Notes under the pieces: model-generated
Databases searched by the model: none
What the model saw: only the letters and a program-made list of their open reading frames with translations
Told to the model about the DNA's origin: nothing
Translations under genes and position numbers: made by a program
NCBI GenBank assembly: GCA_016936175.1
Contig: JAFGPN010000016.1
Span: 1,648 to 65,647, forward strand
DNA: 64,000 bases
Direction of reading: 5' to 3'
Origin: Patescibacteria group bacterium
GTDB lineage: Bacteria; Patescibacteriota; Kazan-3B-28; UBA10110
Shown: positions 17,150 to 26,758 of the stretch, piece after piece
Numbering within the stretch: the stretch's first letter is position 1
Layout of the letters: each line of letters begins with the position of its first letter

Positions 17150-18405
17150 TCATTTATCTTGTAGTCTTTTTGTTGGTTGTGGCTTTGGTAAGCTGGCGCA
17201 ATCTTCGGGTTGGAGCTTATCTAATTTTGATTATCCTGCCGCTGTATTTGATCAAATTTAAATTTGGCCCTATCCCCACTACCCTGCTCGAGCTGACAAT
17301 CTATGTCGTTGCATTAGTTTGGCTGATTAAGGTTTGGTTGGGGCAAGCGCGGATTAACTGGCCGGCCCTCCGAGTTTATCGCTATCCTCTGCTGCTTATT
17401 TTGGTCGGTCTAATTTTGGGCACATACGTTTCGACGGACCGCTCAATCTCGCTTGGGATTATTAAAGGTTGGTTTATCGACCCCATAATATTATTCGGGC
17501 TTATGGTCAGCGTGCTTGATCGTCAAGTTCACATTAAAAAAGCTATCGCCGCTCTTATGCTACCAGCCGTTGTTTTGTCTTGTATTGCCCTTTATCAAGT
17601 TATAACCGATCAGTTTATTACTGTGGATGGTCGCGCCTCGGCTGTGTTTAGCTCGGCCAACTACCTCTCATTATTTATTGTGCCAGTAATAGTGTTAGGT
17701 TTTGGTTTACTCGGGTCGATTGCTAAGCGGTGGCGCTGGTGGGTAGTTGTCTCGCTTTTGTTAATGTTAGGAGCCGTATACTTTACCTTTTCCTATTCTG
17801 GCTGGCTGGGGTTAATAGTGGGCATAGCCATGTTGGTGTTGTGCCTAAGACGCTTTTGGGTGGCCGCTCTTAGTGGAGTAGGTGTGGCGCTAATCGCTGT
17901 TCTATCTCAGTGGCAACACCCTAAATTTCAACAGATGCTCGATCTGGTTGGCCGATCTTCTTCTCACGTTAGAATTCAGGTTTGGCAGACTGCGATGTTG
18001 ATGATTAAGGAAAATCCACTTACCGGTATCGGGTTAGGTTTATTTGAAAAAAGGTATTTAGAGTTTGCCAGCCGATTATTTAGCCCACCGATCGAGCTTC
18101 GAATGTTGCATTCGCACAATATTGTTTTGCAGTTTTTGGTCAGCACAGGGTTGCTCGGAGCAGTTGGATTTGTTTGGCTAGTAGTTAATTTTGCTCGCCA
18201 AATCTGGCAAGCCGCTATTTATAATCGGGGCATTTTGGCCATCACGACACTGGCGGGGATGACGGCATTGCTTACCCATGGGATGCTTGACCAGGCCTAC
18301 TGGAAAAACGACCTCTCGGCTTTGTTCTGGGTCATAATAGCTTTTGGTATAATACTGAGTCCTAACCCTATCTATGCAGGATACGCTTCACACCATCGGA
18401 ATTGA
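17116..18405 (+). CDS. O-antigen ligase/polymerase-like (Wzy_C) membrane protein, paralog 2
   Basis: Same architecture (FTFSYSGWLGLIVGIAML; loop with HSHN). Overlaps the preceding paralog by 34 nt. Confidence 0.6.
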   Translation: MDYIRFSMGDLIIYLVVFLLVVALVSWRNLRVGAYLILIILPLYLIKFKFGPIPTTLLELTIYVVALVWLIKVWLGQARINWPALRVYRYPLLLILVGLILGTYVSTDRSISLGIIKGWFIDPIILFGLMVSVLDRQVHIKKAIAALMLPAVVLSCIALYQVITDQFITVDGRASAVFSSANYLSLFIVPVIVLGFGLLGSIAKRWRWWVVVSLLLMLGAVYFTFSYSGWLGLIVGIAMLVLCLRRFWVAALSGVGVALIAVLSQWQHPKFQQMLDLVGRSSSHVRIQVWQTAMLMIKENPLTGIGLGLFEKRYLEFASRLFSPPIELRMLHSHNIVLQFLVSTGLLGAVGFVWLVVNFARQIWQAAIYNRGILAITTLAGMTALLTHGMLDQAYWKNDLSALFWVIIAFGIILSPNPIYAGYASHHRN

Positions 18406-19513
18406 CGCGCGAATGTTTGGCACCGCTCAGGCGGCCGGTATTGGCCAGTATGCCGAGGAGTTAGTGCGTCATTTGGTTAAGCGCGATACCACTAATCAGT
18501 ATCGTGTTTTTGTCACTGGCGAAGCGGGCAATAATTTTCCTATCTACGCCTCCAATCTAACCAAATCTGTTGTTCCCTTTAAACACTACACCTATAGCGA
18601 GCAGTTTTTGTATCCCAACATACTCAAACAGGCTAATCTTAACCTAATTCATTACACTAACTTTAACTCGCCGATCTTTTTTAAAAAGACCAAAAGCATT
18701 GTTACTATTCACGATCTAACGCTTTGGTTTTTCCCGGGGCGGAAACAGAAAGGGGCAATTAAACAGTTGCTCTATCGGGTGGTAATTCGCCAAGCTTGTC
18801 GCAACGCCCATCACATTATTGCTATTACTGAGGCGACCAAACGGGATATCGTTAAATTACTTAAAATTGATCCGGCTAAGATTACAGTAGTACACGAGGC
18901 CGCTTCGGAGCGGTATCATCCCTTAATTCAGCCAGCCAACTTAGAACAGATTAAGCGCAAATTTAATATTACTAAGCCCTATTTTCTATATATCGGTCAG
19001 TGGCGGGCACATAAAAATGTAGTGCGATTGATTCGGGCGTTTGCCCTACTTCGCCGTCGGTATCAATTAGATTATCAATTAGTGCTGGGGAGTAAGATAG
19101 ATTCTGCGTACCCCGAGATACCAGCTACCATTAAGGAGCTGGGCTTACAAGAAGATGTAGTGTTGACCGGCTACGTTGCTGACGACGAATTGCCTTATCT
19201 TTATAACGGGGCGGAATGCTTTGTATTTCCCTCACTCTATGAAGGATTTGGTCTGCCACCGTTAGAAGCGATGGCCTGTGGCACCCCGGTAGTTTCTTCT
19301 AACGTGTCTTGTATGCCAGAGGTATTGGGCGAGGCGGCCATTTATTTTGATCCCCTAAACGTCGAAGAGATGGCTAAAGCAATGGCTGAAGTGGGTAAAA
19401 ACTACTCGCTCAAGCGAGAGCTTAAAGCTAAGGGGCTTGCCCAGGCCAAGCTCTACTCGTTTGATCGCATGGCCGAAGAGACCCTGGCAGTTTATTGCCA
19501 GGTATTGGGTTAG
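18374..19513 (+). CDS. Glycosyltransferase, GT4 (GT-B) family
   Basis: [24 protein letters not shown] (E-x7-E). Confidence 0.8.
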   Translation: MQDTLHTIGIDARMFGTAQAAGIGQYAEELVRHLVKRDTTNQYRVFVTGEAGNNFPIYASNLTKSVVPFKHYTYSEQFLYPNILKQANLNLIHYTNFNSPIFFKKTKSIVTIHDLTLWFFPGRKQKGAIKQLLYRVVIRQACRNAHHIIAITEATKRDIVKLLKIDPAKITVVHEAASERYHPLIQPANLEQIKRKFNITKPYFLYIGQWRAHKNVVRLIRAFALLRRRYQLDYQLVLGSKIDSAYPEIPATIKELGLQEDVVLTGYVADDELPYLYNGAECFVFPSLYEGFGLPPLEAMACGTPVVSSNVSCMPEVLGEAAIYFDPLNVEEMAKAMAEVGKNYSLKRELKAKGLAQAKLYSFDRMAEETLAVYCQVLG

Positions 19514-19583
19514 ATTTAAGTTTGGGCATTGCTAAACACGCATATTATAATGAAGCGTAGTCATATTAGTTAAATTTATCAGC

Positions 19584-21590
19584 ATGGAACTTACCAATAC
19601 CGCGCTATTGATTGCTCTCGGCGCAGCCGTCCTGGCCCTGTTATACGCCATTAGCTTAGTTATCTGGCTATTAAAACTACCAACCGGTAATGCCAAGATG
19701 CAGGAGATTGCTCAGGCCATTCAACAGGGGGCTAGAGCCTATCTTACTCGTCAGTACACCACTATCGCGATAGTAGCGATACTGCTCGCCATAACGTTGT
19801 ATTTAGTTATTGGCCTTAATACAGCTTTGGGGTTTTTGGTTGGGGCGGTACTGTCTGGCCTAGCCGGGATAATTGGAATGAGTGTATCGGTACAAGCCAA
19901 CGTTAGGACTACCGAGGCGGCTAATCACGGAACAGCTCGGGCGCTTAATGTTGCGTTTAAGGGTGGCTCGATTACCGGCTTATTTGTGGTCGGCCTGGCC
20001 TTACTTGCAGTTACCGGTTTTTACTACATATTTAGAGATATCGCGGCCTTAGTCGGTTTAGGTTTTGGTGGTAGCTTAATATCTATCTTTGCCAGGTTGG
20101 GGGGTGGTATTTACACCAAGGCCGCTGACGTTGGCGCCGATCTGGTTGGCAAGGTCGAAGCTGGTATCCCCGAAGATGATCCCAGAAATCCAGCGGTAAT
20201 TGCCGACAACGTAGGTGACAATGTTGGTGACTGTGCCGGAATGGCCGCAGATCTGTTCGAAACGTATGCAGTTACTGCAGTAGCTACCATCGTACTGGGC
20301 AACTTAGTTCTAAACGGCGCTCCGGCCGCACTAACTTATCCGCTTCTGTTAGGAGCTGTTTCTGTAGTAGCCTCCATTGTTGGGATGCTGTTTGTCAGAT
20401 TGGGCAAGAGCAAAAATATTATGGGCGCTCTCTACATTGGTTTAGCAATCAGCGGCCTACTATCCGCAGTCGGTTTCTACTATGTCTCTATCACTACTCT
20501 CCAAGGGTTGGCCTTATCACCGATTAACCTGTTTTATACATCGCTGATTGGATTAGGGGTGACCGGATTGATAATCTTAATTACCGAATACTATACCTCT
20601 ACCCGCTACGCACCGGTTAAGGGCATAGCTGGCGCTTCCGAAACCGGTCATGGCACCAATGTCATTCAAGGTTTAGCCGTTGGGATGAAATCCACTGCTT
20701 TGCCAGTGATAGTTATTATTGCCGCTATTTGGGGAGCATATGCCTTAGCTGGTCTTTATGGTGTAGCTATCGCCGCTATGTCGATGTTGTCGATGACCGG
20801 TATTATTGTGGCTATCGACGCCTACGGACCGATTACTGATAACGCCGGTGGCATTGCCGAGATGGCAAATCTGCCTAAAGAAATTAGGGATGTAACAGAT
20901 CCGTTAGATGCAGTTGGTAACACCACTAAAGCGGTAACCAAGGGTTACGCAATCGGTTCGGCCGCCCTGGCTGCTATTGTTCTATTTGCGGCCTATGCCC
21001 AAGATCTTCAGCACTTAGCTGGGAAAGCTTACGACTTTATGTTGGGCGACCCTAAAGTTTTAATTGGCTTATTTATTGGTGGATTGCTCCCCTATCTGTT
21101 TGCGGCCATATCGATGGAAGCCGTTGGTAAGGCGGCTGGCAGTGTTGTTAAAGAGGTGCGGCGGCAGTTTAAGGCCATCCCTGGAATTATGGAGGGAACT
21201 GCCAAGCCAGATTATGCCCGAGCGGTGGATATTGTAACTAAGGCCGCCATCGTGGAGATGATTGTTCCGGCATTAATTCCTGTGGTATCTCCTATCGTGG
21301 TTGGCTGGTTGCTGGGCCCAGTAGCTTTGGGCGGGATGCTAGTTGGCAGTATTGTTACGGGCATCTTTGTGGCGATTTCGATGACCACTGGAGGTGCGGC
21401 GTGGGACAACGCCAAAAAATACATCGAAACTGGCCATCTGGGGGGTAAGGGCTCCGATGCGCACAAGGCGGCGGTAACTGGCGATACCGTTGGTGACCCA
21501 TACAAAGACACAGCTGGTCCGGCTATTAACCCGATGATTAAGGTTATTAATATCGTTGCTCTGCTTATCGTCAGCTTTTTGATCAAGTAA
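19584..21590 (+). CDS. hppA: Membrane-bound proton-translocating pyrophosphatase
   Basis: Motifs [41 protein letters not shown] and [18 protein letters not shown]. The [10 protein letters not shown] motif carries the Lys variant. Confidence 0.95.
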   Translation: MELTNTALLIALGAAVLALLYAISLVIWLLKLPTGNAKMQEIAQAIQQGARAYLTRQYTTIAIVAILLAITLYLVIGLNTALGFLVGAVLSGLAGIIGMSVSVQANVRTTEAANHGTARALNVAFKGGSITGLFVVGLALLAVTGFYYIFRDIAALVGLGFGGSLISIFARLGGGIYTKAADVGADLVGKVEAGIPEDDPRNPAVIADNVGDNVGDCAGMAADLFETYAVTAVATIVLGNLVLNGAPAALTYPLLLGAVSVVASIVGMLFVRLGKSKNIMGALYIGLAISGLLSAVGFYYVSITTLQGLALSPINLFYTSLIGLGVTGLIILITEYYTSTRYAPVKGIAGASETGHGTNVIQGLAVGMKSTALPVIVIIAAIWGAYALAGLYGVAIAAMSMLSMTGIIVAIDAYGPITDNAGGIAEMANLPKEIRDVTDPLDAVGNTTKAVTKGYAIGSAALAAIVLFAAYAQDLQHLAGKAYDFMLGDPKVLIGLFIGGLLPYLFAAISMEAVGKAAGSVVKEVRRQFKAIPGIMEGTAKPDYARAVDIVTKAAIVEMIVPALIPVVSPIVVGWLLGPVALGGMLVGSIVTGIFVAISMTTGGAAWDNAKKYIETGHLGGKGSDAHKAAVTGDTVGDPYKDTAGPAINPMIKVINIVALLIVSFLIK

Positions 21591-21593
21591 ATA

Positions 21594-21821
21594 GTGGAAA
21601 CTGCCAAATTGGTTGACCATCAAATTCGGGTTGAAGTAACCCAGGCTGAAGGGGCGATTGTAATTAAATTTCCCGAGGGGCCATGCATAATCTGGCCTGT
21701 TAAAGATAGCTCTGTTGCTACCGGTGTGATGTATCTTACCCTGTCGCCCCAACCCACCTTACCAGACAAAGCAGAACTGGCGCGGCAGGTTTTAAAAGAG
21801 ATTCTTCAGATTAACCAATGA
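21594..21821 (+). CDS. Hypothetical small protein
   Basis: 75-aa ORF with a GTG start 3 nt after the hppA stop. Its end overlaps the VanW start (ATGA). No motif recognised. Confidence 0.35.
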   Translation: METAKLVDHQIRVEVTQAEGAIVIKFPEGPCIIWPVKDSSVATGVMYLTLSPQPTLPDKAELARQVLKEILQINQ

Positions 21822-23662
21822 GCAAAGTTATTCAACGCCGTCCATTCTGGCTAATCTCACTTACTTTAGGGGTGTTACTTTTAATAGTTGCTAGTTGGTA
21901 TGTATCTTTTGATATAGTCTATGCTGGTCGGGTTATGCCGGGTGCCACTTTAAGTAACCGAAATATCGGCGGACTATCATGGGCAGAGGCGGACACAGTA
22001 GTTACCAACCTAATAACTACAGCCGAGCAAACAAAATTAAACTTAGTGTATCAATCTGATCGATATACTTATACTATTGATCAGCTGGGGGTAGAGCTGG
22101 ATCGGCCCGCCACCCTCGATCGAATATACGGTTTTGGTCGAACTACCAGTTTAACTACTAATCTGCGCGAACGGTTTGGTGGAATTGCTAAACTTGTCTC
22201 ACCAAGGGCGGTCTATAAATTTACGCCCGGTTTTAATACTGTCACCAATAATCTGGCAAAAAAATATAATCAGCCAGCAGTTGAGGCCAGAGTGGTGGTA
22301 GAAAAACAACACGCCGGTACCCTTCCTGCACAACCCGGTCTTGAGCTATCCGTCGAAACCTTAAAACAACTCCTGGGCGAACAGTTTGGTCAGCTTAAAT
22401 TTGAGGATATCGCCCTCCCGATCATTGATGGTTCGCCTACTATCTCAACCGAAGTAGCTACCGCCACCGCCAATCATATTAATCAGGGGCTAAACCAAGA
22501 ATTGATTCTCACTGCCCGAGGGCAAGACTCTTTTGCCCTCTCCCCAGAACAGATGTGGCAGTGGTTAGAGGTGTTTCCAAAAGAGTCGGTTTTAGTGGCT
22601 CGGCTGAAATCGTCCGAGCTAGAGAAATTTGTTAAAAGCTTGGAGTCCAAAGTAAATCAGCCGATGCAGAATGCGATATTTAAAACGAGCGGCAAAAAAC
22701 TAATCGCCTTCCAGCCCGATCGGCCTGGTCGAGTATTGCGCACAGCCGATGCAGTAATGATGATCCAACAAAACTTCTTAGGCGATCAGCGCGAAATTGA
22801 ATTAGCGGTTAACTACCTTGAGCCCAAAACCAAACTGACCGACCTTAACGATTTAGGGATTAACGAGCTGGTGGCTTCTGGTGTATCTAATTTTGCTGGT
22901 AGCCCGGCCAATCGCCGCCACAATATTAAAACCGGCGCATCGAAATTTAATAATGTAATAGTCACCCCAACCGAAATGTTTTCTTTTAATAAAATTTTAG
23001 GCACTGTTGACCAAACTACTGGTTATCTGCCGGAGTTGGTGATTAAGGGCGACGAAACTATCCCCGAATTTGGTGGGGGTCTCTGCCAGGTATCGACTAC
23101 TGCTTTTAGGGCCATTTTAAATGGCGGCTATCCAGTAATGGAGCGCCATAATCATTCGTATCGGGTGGTTTACTATGAGCCAGCTGGTACCGATGCGACC
23201 ATCTATCCCCCATCACCAGATCTAAAATTTATTAACGATAGCCCGGGTTACATTGTGATACAAACCTACATCGAAGGTAATAATCTCTACTTTGATTTTT
23301 ATGGGACCAGGATGGATCGCAGAGTGGTGTTGGAAGGCCCTAAGATTTTTAATATCACCCAGCCGCCCGAACCGGTGTATATTGAAACGTCAACTATTCC
23401 TGAGGGAGAAACCAAACAGATCGATACTGCTCACCGAGGAGCCGATACCATCCTCTATCGCTTGATCTATGATGCCGATGGCAAAGAGATTCGCAAGGAA
23501 GAATTTAAAAGTCATTATGTCCCCTGGCCAGCCAAGTTCTTGGTGGGGGTAAAGGCGGCTCCGCCAGTATCAACCGATCTTAAAAACGTGCCACCAGAAT
23601 CAAGCGGTTCAGAGCAAGCCCCAATAGATATCACTCCCCCTCTCGAGCCAGAGACCTCTTAG
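21818..23662 (+). CDS. VanW-family protein with N-terminal anchor and G5-like C-terminal module
   Basis: VanW core GGGLCQVSTTAFRAILNGGYPVMERHNHSY and N-terminal TM FWLISLTLGVLLLIVASWYV. Confidence 0.8.
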   Translation: MSKVIQRRPFWLISLTLGVLLLIVASWYVSFDIVYAGRVMPGATLSNRNIGGLSWAEADTVVTNLITTAEQTKLNLVYQSDRYTYTIDQLGVELDRPATLDRIYGFGRTTSLTTNLRERFGGIAKLVSPRAVYKFTPGFNTVTNNLAKKYNQPAVEARVVVEKQHAGTLPAQPGLELSVETLKQLLGEQFGQLKFEDIALPIIDGSPTISTEVATATANHINQGLNQELILTARGQDSFALSPEQMWQWLEVFPKESVLVARLKSSELEKFVKSLESKVNQPMQNAIFKTSGKKLIAFQPDRPGRVLRTADAVMMIQQNFLGDQREIELAVNYLEPKTKLTDLNDLGINELVASGVSNFAGSPANRRHNIKTGASKFNNVIVTPTEMFSFNKILGTVDQTTGYLPELVIKGDETIPEFGGGLCQVSTTAFRAILNGGYPVMERHNHSYRVVYYEPAGTDATIYPPSPDLKFINDSPGYIVIQTYIEGNNLYFDFYGTRMDRRVVLEGPKIFNITQPPEPVYIETSTIPEGETKQIDTAHRGADTILYRLIYDADGKEIRKEEFKSHYVPWPAKFLVGVKAAPPVSTDLKNVPPESSGSEQAPIDITPPLEPETS

Positions 23663-23701
23663 GGTTGGTGGGTACCAGTTAACCCGTAACCGGTTAGCAC
23701 T

Positions 23702-24643
23702 ATGATTTATTTTTTATACGGTGAAGACGATTTTCGGATCAAGCGACGCTTAATAGAGTTACGTACGGGGCTATTTAAGACAGACGCTAATTTAGATTTT
23801 CAGATCAAAGAGGCCGCCAATCTAACCGCGGCCGATCTAAACAGTTTAGTAATGACTCAATCTTTATTGTCGGCCAGCAAGTTGATTGTGGTTAGTCAGC
23901 CAATCAAGGATAGCTCGGAAGATCTTCGGAAAGGGTTAACGGAGCTATTGGCCCGCCCTGTCCCGGATGGCGTGGTGTTGGTGTTTATCGAAACCCAGCC
24001 CGACCAACGAACTAAGCTGTTTAAACTGCTCAATAAATTTGTTGCCGAATCGTATCCCCTACTTAGAGTGCCGGAAGCAAAGCGGTGGCTACAAGAGCAG
24101 GCGCAGAAGAGGGGCGTTAAAATTGATATTACTGCGGTGAGTATGTTGGCCGAAGATTTTAGCGATGATCTCTGGCGAATGAGCAGTGAGCTAGATAAGC
24201 TGGCCACTTTTACAGGCAACAAATTAATTACCAGTGATAGTATCGAACAGCTGACCCCTCGGCCTTTAACTGATAATATCTTTTTAACAATTGAGGCATT
24301 AGCAAAAAAGAACTTTGCTTTGGCCAATAAATTAATTAACCGTCAGCTACTTTTAGGAATGGCAGAGCAACAACTAATTGCTATGATCGCCTACCAGTTT
24401 CGCAATATTGTTTTGATTCGCGCCTGGCTTGATCAGGGGGTCAAGCCGTCGGAGTTGCCAACAAAAACCCAGTTACATCCCTACGTGGTTCAAAAAACCA
24501 CCGAGTTATCCAGGCAGTTTTCTATATCGGACCTGTCTAAGATCTTCTATCTATTACAACGAGTGGATGCGGCAATTAAAAAAGGAATCACCCCACCACG
24601 AGTGGGGCTGGACATTCTGACGGCTCAGTTGGTTAACGCCTAG
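23702..24643 (+). CDS. holA: DNA polymerase III delta subunit
   Basis: Starts MIYFLYGEDDFRIKRRL; length and helical C-terminus are typical of HolA. Confidence 0.75.
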   Translation: MIYFLYGEDDFRIKRRLIELRTGLFKTDANLDFQIKEAANLTAADLNSLVMTQSLLSASKLIVVSQPIKDSSEDLRKGLTELLARPVPDGVVLVFIETQPDQRTKLFKLLNKFVAESYPLLRVPEAKRWLQEQAQKRGVKIDITAVSMLAEDFSDDLWRMSSELDKLATFTGNKLITSDSIEQLTPRPLTDNIFLTIEALAKKNFALANKLINRQLLLGMAEQQLIAMIAYQFRNIVLIRAWLDQGVKPSELPTKTQLHPYVVQKTTELSRQFSISDLSKIFYLLQRVDAAIKKGITPPRVGLDILTAQLVNA

Positions 24644-24881
24644 CGTTCTTACGAGCTGCCTTAACCAACCGCGACTTTAGTCGGGCGGCCTTGTTTTTGT
24701 GAACCAAGTTGGTTTTGGCCGCCTTATCCAAGGCTTTCTGGGCAGTCAACAATGTGGCATCGGTTGGTTTCTGGTGGGCAGTTTTAATCGCCTTTTTAAG
24801 CCCCGCCTTAATCTTTAAATTGGCCGACCTTCTGCGGACGTCCCGTCGCATCTTCTTGATCGCTGATTTGATGATTGGCAT
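24633..24881 (-). CDS. rpsT: 30S ribosomal protein S20
   Basis: MPIIKSAIKKMRRDVRRRSANLKIKAGLKKAIK..., basic, 82 aa. Confidence 0.9.
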   Translation of the reverse strand: MPIIKSAIKKMRRDVRRRSANLKIKAGLKKAIKTAHQKPTDATLLTAQKALDKAAKTNLVHKNKAARLKSRLVKAARKNARR

Positions 24882-24930
24882 AGGATAAAATTTACCCTGC
24901 CATTCTATGGCAGATCCATTTTCTTGTAAA

Positions 24931-25060
24931 CCCCGGTGGGAATTCGAGCAGGTGGCTGGGCCTAGTTTGCCGACCTTCGTGCTGAGGATTGGGTCCGTAA
25001 TTTCTAGTGGGCAAAATCACGCCTACCCAGCCTGGCTAAGGGGTGGGCCGATTCCCGGGG
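24931..25060. other. About 130-nt imperfect long hairpin in the rpsT / DHH-gene divergent intergenic region (unclassified structured element)
   Basis: Nested complementary segments: CCCC..GGGAAT / ATTCCCGGGG, GGCTGGG / CCCAGCC, TTTGCC / GGCAAA, GACC / GGTC. Confidence 0.35.
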
Positions 25061-25111
25061 TTGACATGGGGTAATTGATAGCGTATCGTTTACTATTCAA
25101 AGCAATAACAT

Positions 25112-26326
25112 ATGGAACTTACTCCCAAGCAACAAGCCCTCGAGTTAATTAGCAAATCCAAGCACATTCTAATCGCACCGGGTCGGGCCGATGGCGATTC
25201 GATTGGCAGTGGATTAGCACTGCATTTAGTGCTGTCTCGATTAGGCAAACAGAGCAGTTTAGTAGTGCTCGATCCTCTACCAGATAAGTTCAACTTTTTG
25301 CCTCAACTAGAGGAGGTGCAACAACAGTTCAACGGTTTGCGCGATTTTGTAATTAGCTTAAATTGTACGTCGGCCTCTGCCGATAAATTGGCCTACAACT
25401 TTCAAGATGACAAATTAAACATAGTTATCACGCCCAAGCTCGGCGCCTTTAAATCCACAGACGTCAGTTTTGCCGAGGGTAATTTCCAGTATGATTGTTT
25501 AATTACTTTGGATGCGGCGGACTTAGAACAGGTAGGGCCGTTGTATACCAATAATCCCAAGCTGTTTCAAAATGTGCCGATTATTAACATCGATCACCAC
25601 GCCAGTAACGATTACTACGGCGCGGTCAACTTGGTTGATCTGACCGCTACGTCTACCGCCGAAATTTTGGTTGGCCTAATCGAGGCTCTGGGCCCCTCTC
25701 TAATTGATGCTAATGTAGCCACCGCTTTGCTGACTGGTATCATTAACGATACCGGTAGCTTCCAGCACAGTAATACCACCCCTAAGTCCCTCACCATCGC
25801 CGCCCAAATGGTCGGTTTTGGAGCGCGCCACCAAGAGATTATTCAGCATCTGTTCAAGACTAAAGCCTTCTCTACGCTCAAGCTGTGGGGGCGGATCTTA
25901 ACCAACGTCCGACATGAGCCAGAGAGCCGATTGGTCTGGAGCTCAACCTCCCTGTCCGACCTCAGTGAGACCGAGGCGACCGGTGACCAGATCAGCGGGA
26001 TAATCGACGAACTGATGACGAGTGTCCCAGAAGCTGATATAGTAGTTCTGTTGTCCGAGCGTGATTCCAAGGTGATTTCGGGTAGTATTCGGACCAAACG
26101 AGGCATTGACGCAGCTGATATAGCCAAAATGTTTGGCGGTGGCGGTCACCACGGAGCCGCCGGCTTTAAGCTGTTAGATAGTGGTATCCCAGAGGCAGAG
26201 ACGACCGTGGTAACCAAAATTAGAGAGTATCAAGCCAAACGATCATCCGGGGTAGCTCAGCTATCGGCCGAACCCGAAAATAACAGCCCGGAAGCTCCGA
26301 TTTCCAGCCTTGCCAAAAGCGAATAA
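25112..26326 (+). CDS. DHH/DHHA1 phosphoesterase (NrnA-like oligoribonuclease/pAp phosphatase)
   Basis: Motifs GRADGDSIGSG, LDAAD, INIDHHASN, NDTGSF and DHHA1 GGGGHHGAAGF. Confidence 0.85.
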   Translation: MELTPKQQALELISKSKHILIAPGRADGDSIGSGLALHLVLSRLGKQSSLVVLDPLPDKFNFLPQLEEVQQQFNGLRDFVISLNCTSASADKLAYNFQDDKLNIVITPKLGAFKSTDVSFAEGNFQYDCLITLDAADLEQVGPLYTNNPKLFQNVPIINIDHHASNDYYGAVNLVDLTATSTAEILVGLIEALGPSLIDANVATALLTGIINDTGSFQHSNTTPKSLTIAAQMVGFGARHQEIIQHLFKTKAFSTLKLWGRILTNVRHEPESRLVWSSTSLSDLSETEATGDQISGIIDELMTSVPEADIVVLLSERDSKVISGSIRTKRGIDAADIAKMFGGGGHHGAAGFKLLDSGIPEAETTVVTKIREYQAKRSSGVAQLSAEPENNSPEAPISSLAKSE

Positions 26327-26349
26327 AAGTGATATAATAAGGTAAAGAG

Positions 26350-26619
26350 ATGACACTGGCGATTACAAAAAAGAAGAAGATTATCGGCACCTATCAGGCG
26401 CATGCTAAAGATACTGGTTCGGCCGAAGTCCAGGTGGCTTTGCTGACCGAGAAGGTCAAGGAGCTGACCCGTCACCTTAAGGTTCACCAAAAAGATTTTC
26501 ATTCTCGCCATGGTCTGTTTAAGATAGTGGGCAATCGGAGAAGGTTGCTTAACTATATTAAGACCAAGCACCCTAAAAAATATTCAGCTTTAATTGATAA
26601 GTTAAAAATCCGAAAGTAA
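26350..26619 (+). CDS. rpsO: 30S ribosomal protein S15
   Basis: 89 aa with DTGSAEVQVALLTEKVKELTRHLKVHQKDFHSRHGL, upstream of pnp. Confidence 0.92.
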   Translation: MTLAITKKKKIIGTYQAHAKDTGSAEVQVALLTEKVKELTRHLKVHQKDFHSRHGLFKIVGNRRRLLNYIKTKHPKKYSALIDKLKIRK

Positions 26620-26758
26620 GAGAAGGTTAAAAGTGCAAGAGTCAGCATAGAGCCTAGAGCTCAGCGAATCTTCAGTAAGCAGGTTCGTTTAGTCCTACGC
26701 TTTATGTGCTATCTTACGCTTCTCCCCTGCTCTGCTGTTACGGATAGAAAGGAATGTT

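Noticed and set aside
21212-21752. 131- and 137-aa minus-strand ORFs overlapping the hppA 3' end
   Set aside because: They are antisense shadows of a highly conserved gene, with no start signals. The same reasoning applies to the many other 60-150-aa ORFs in the track that lie inside or antisense to confidently assigned genes (for example 11619..11834, 26695..27066, 28376..28834, 54112..54570, 62856..63128).
24931-25060. Possible SRP (4.5S) RNA, because of the single long imperfect hairpin of about 130 nt
   Set aside because: Neither strand shows the conserved domain IV signature (GGUCC-GNAR tetraloop-GGAAGCAGCC-like symmetric and asymmetric loops). The apical region is a 16-nt loop instead. 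Kept only as an unclassified structure.
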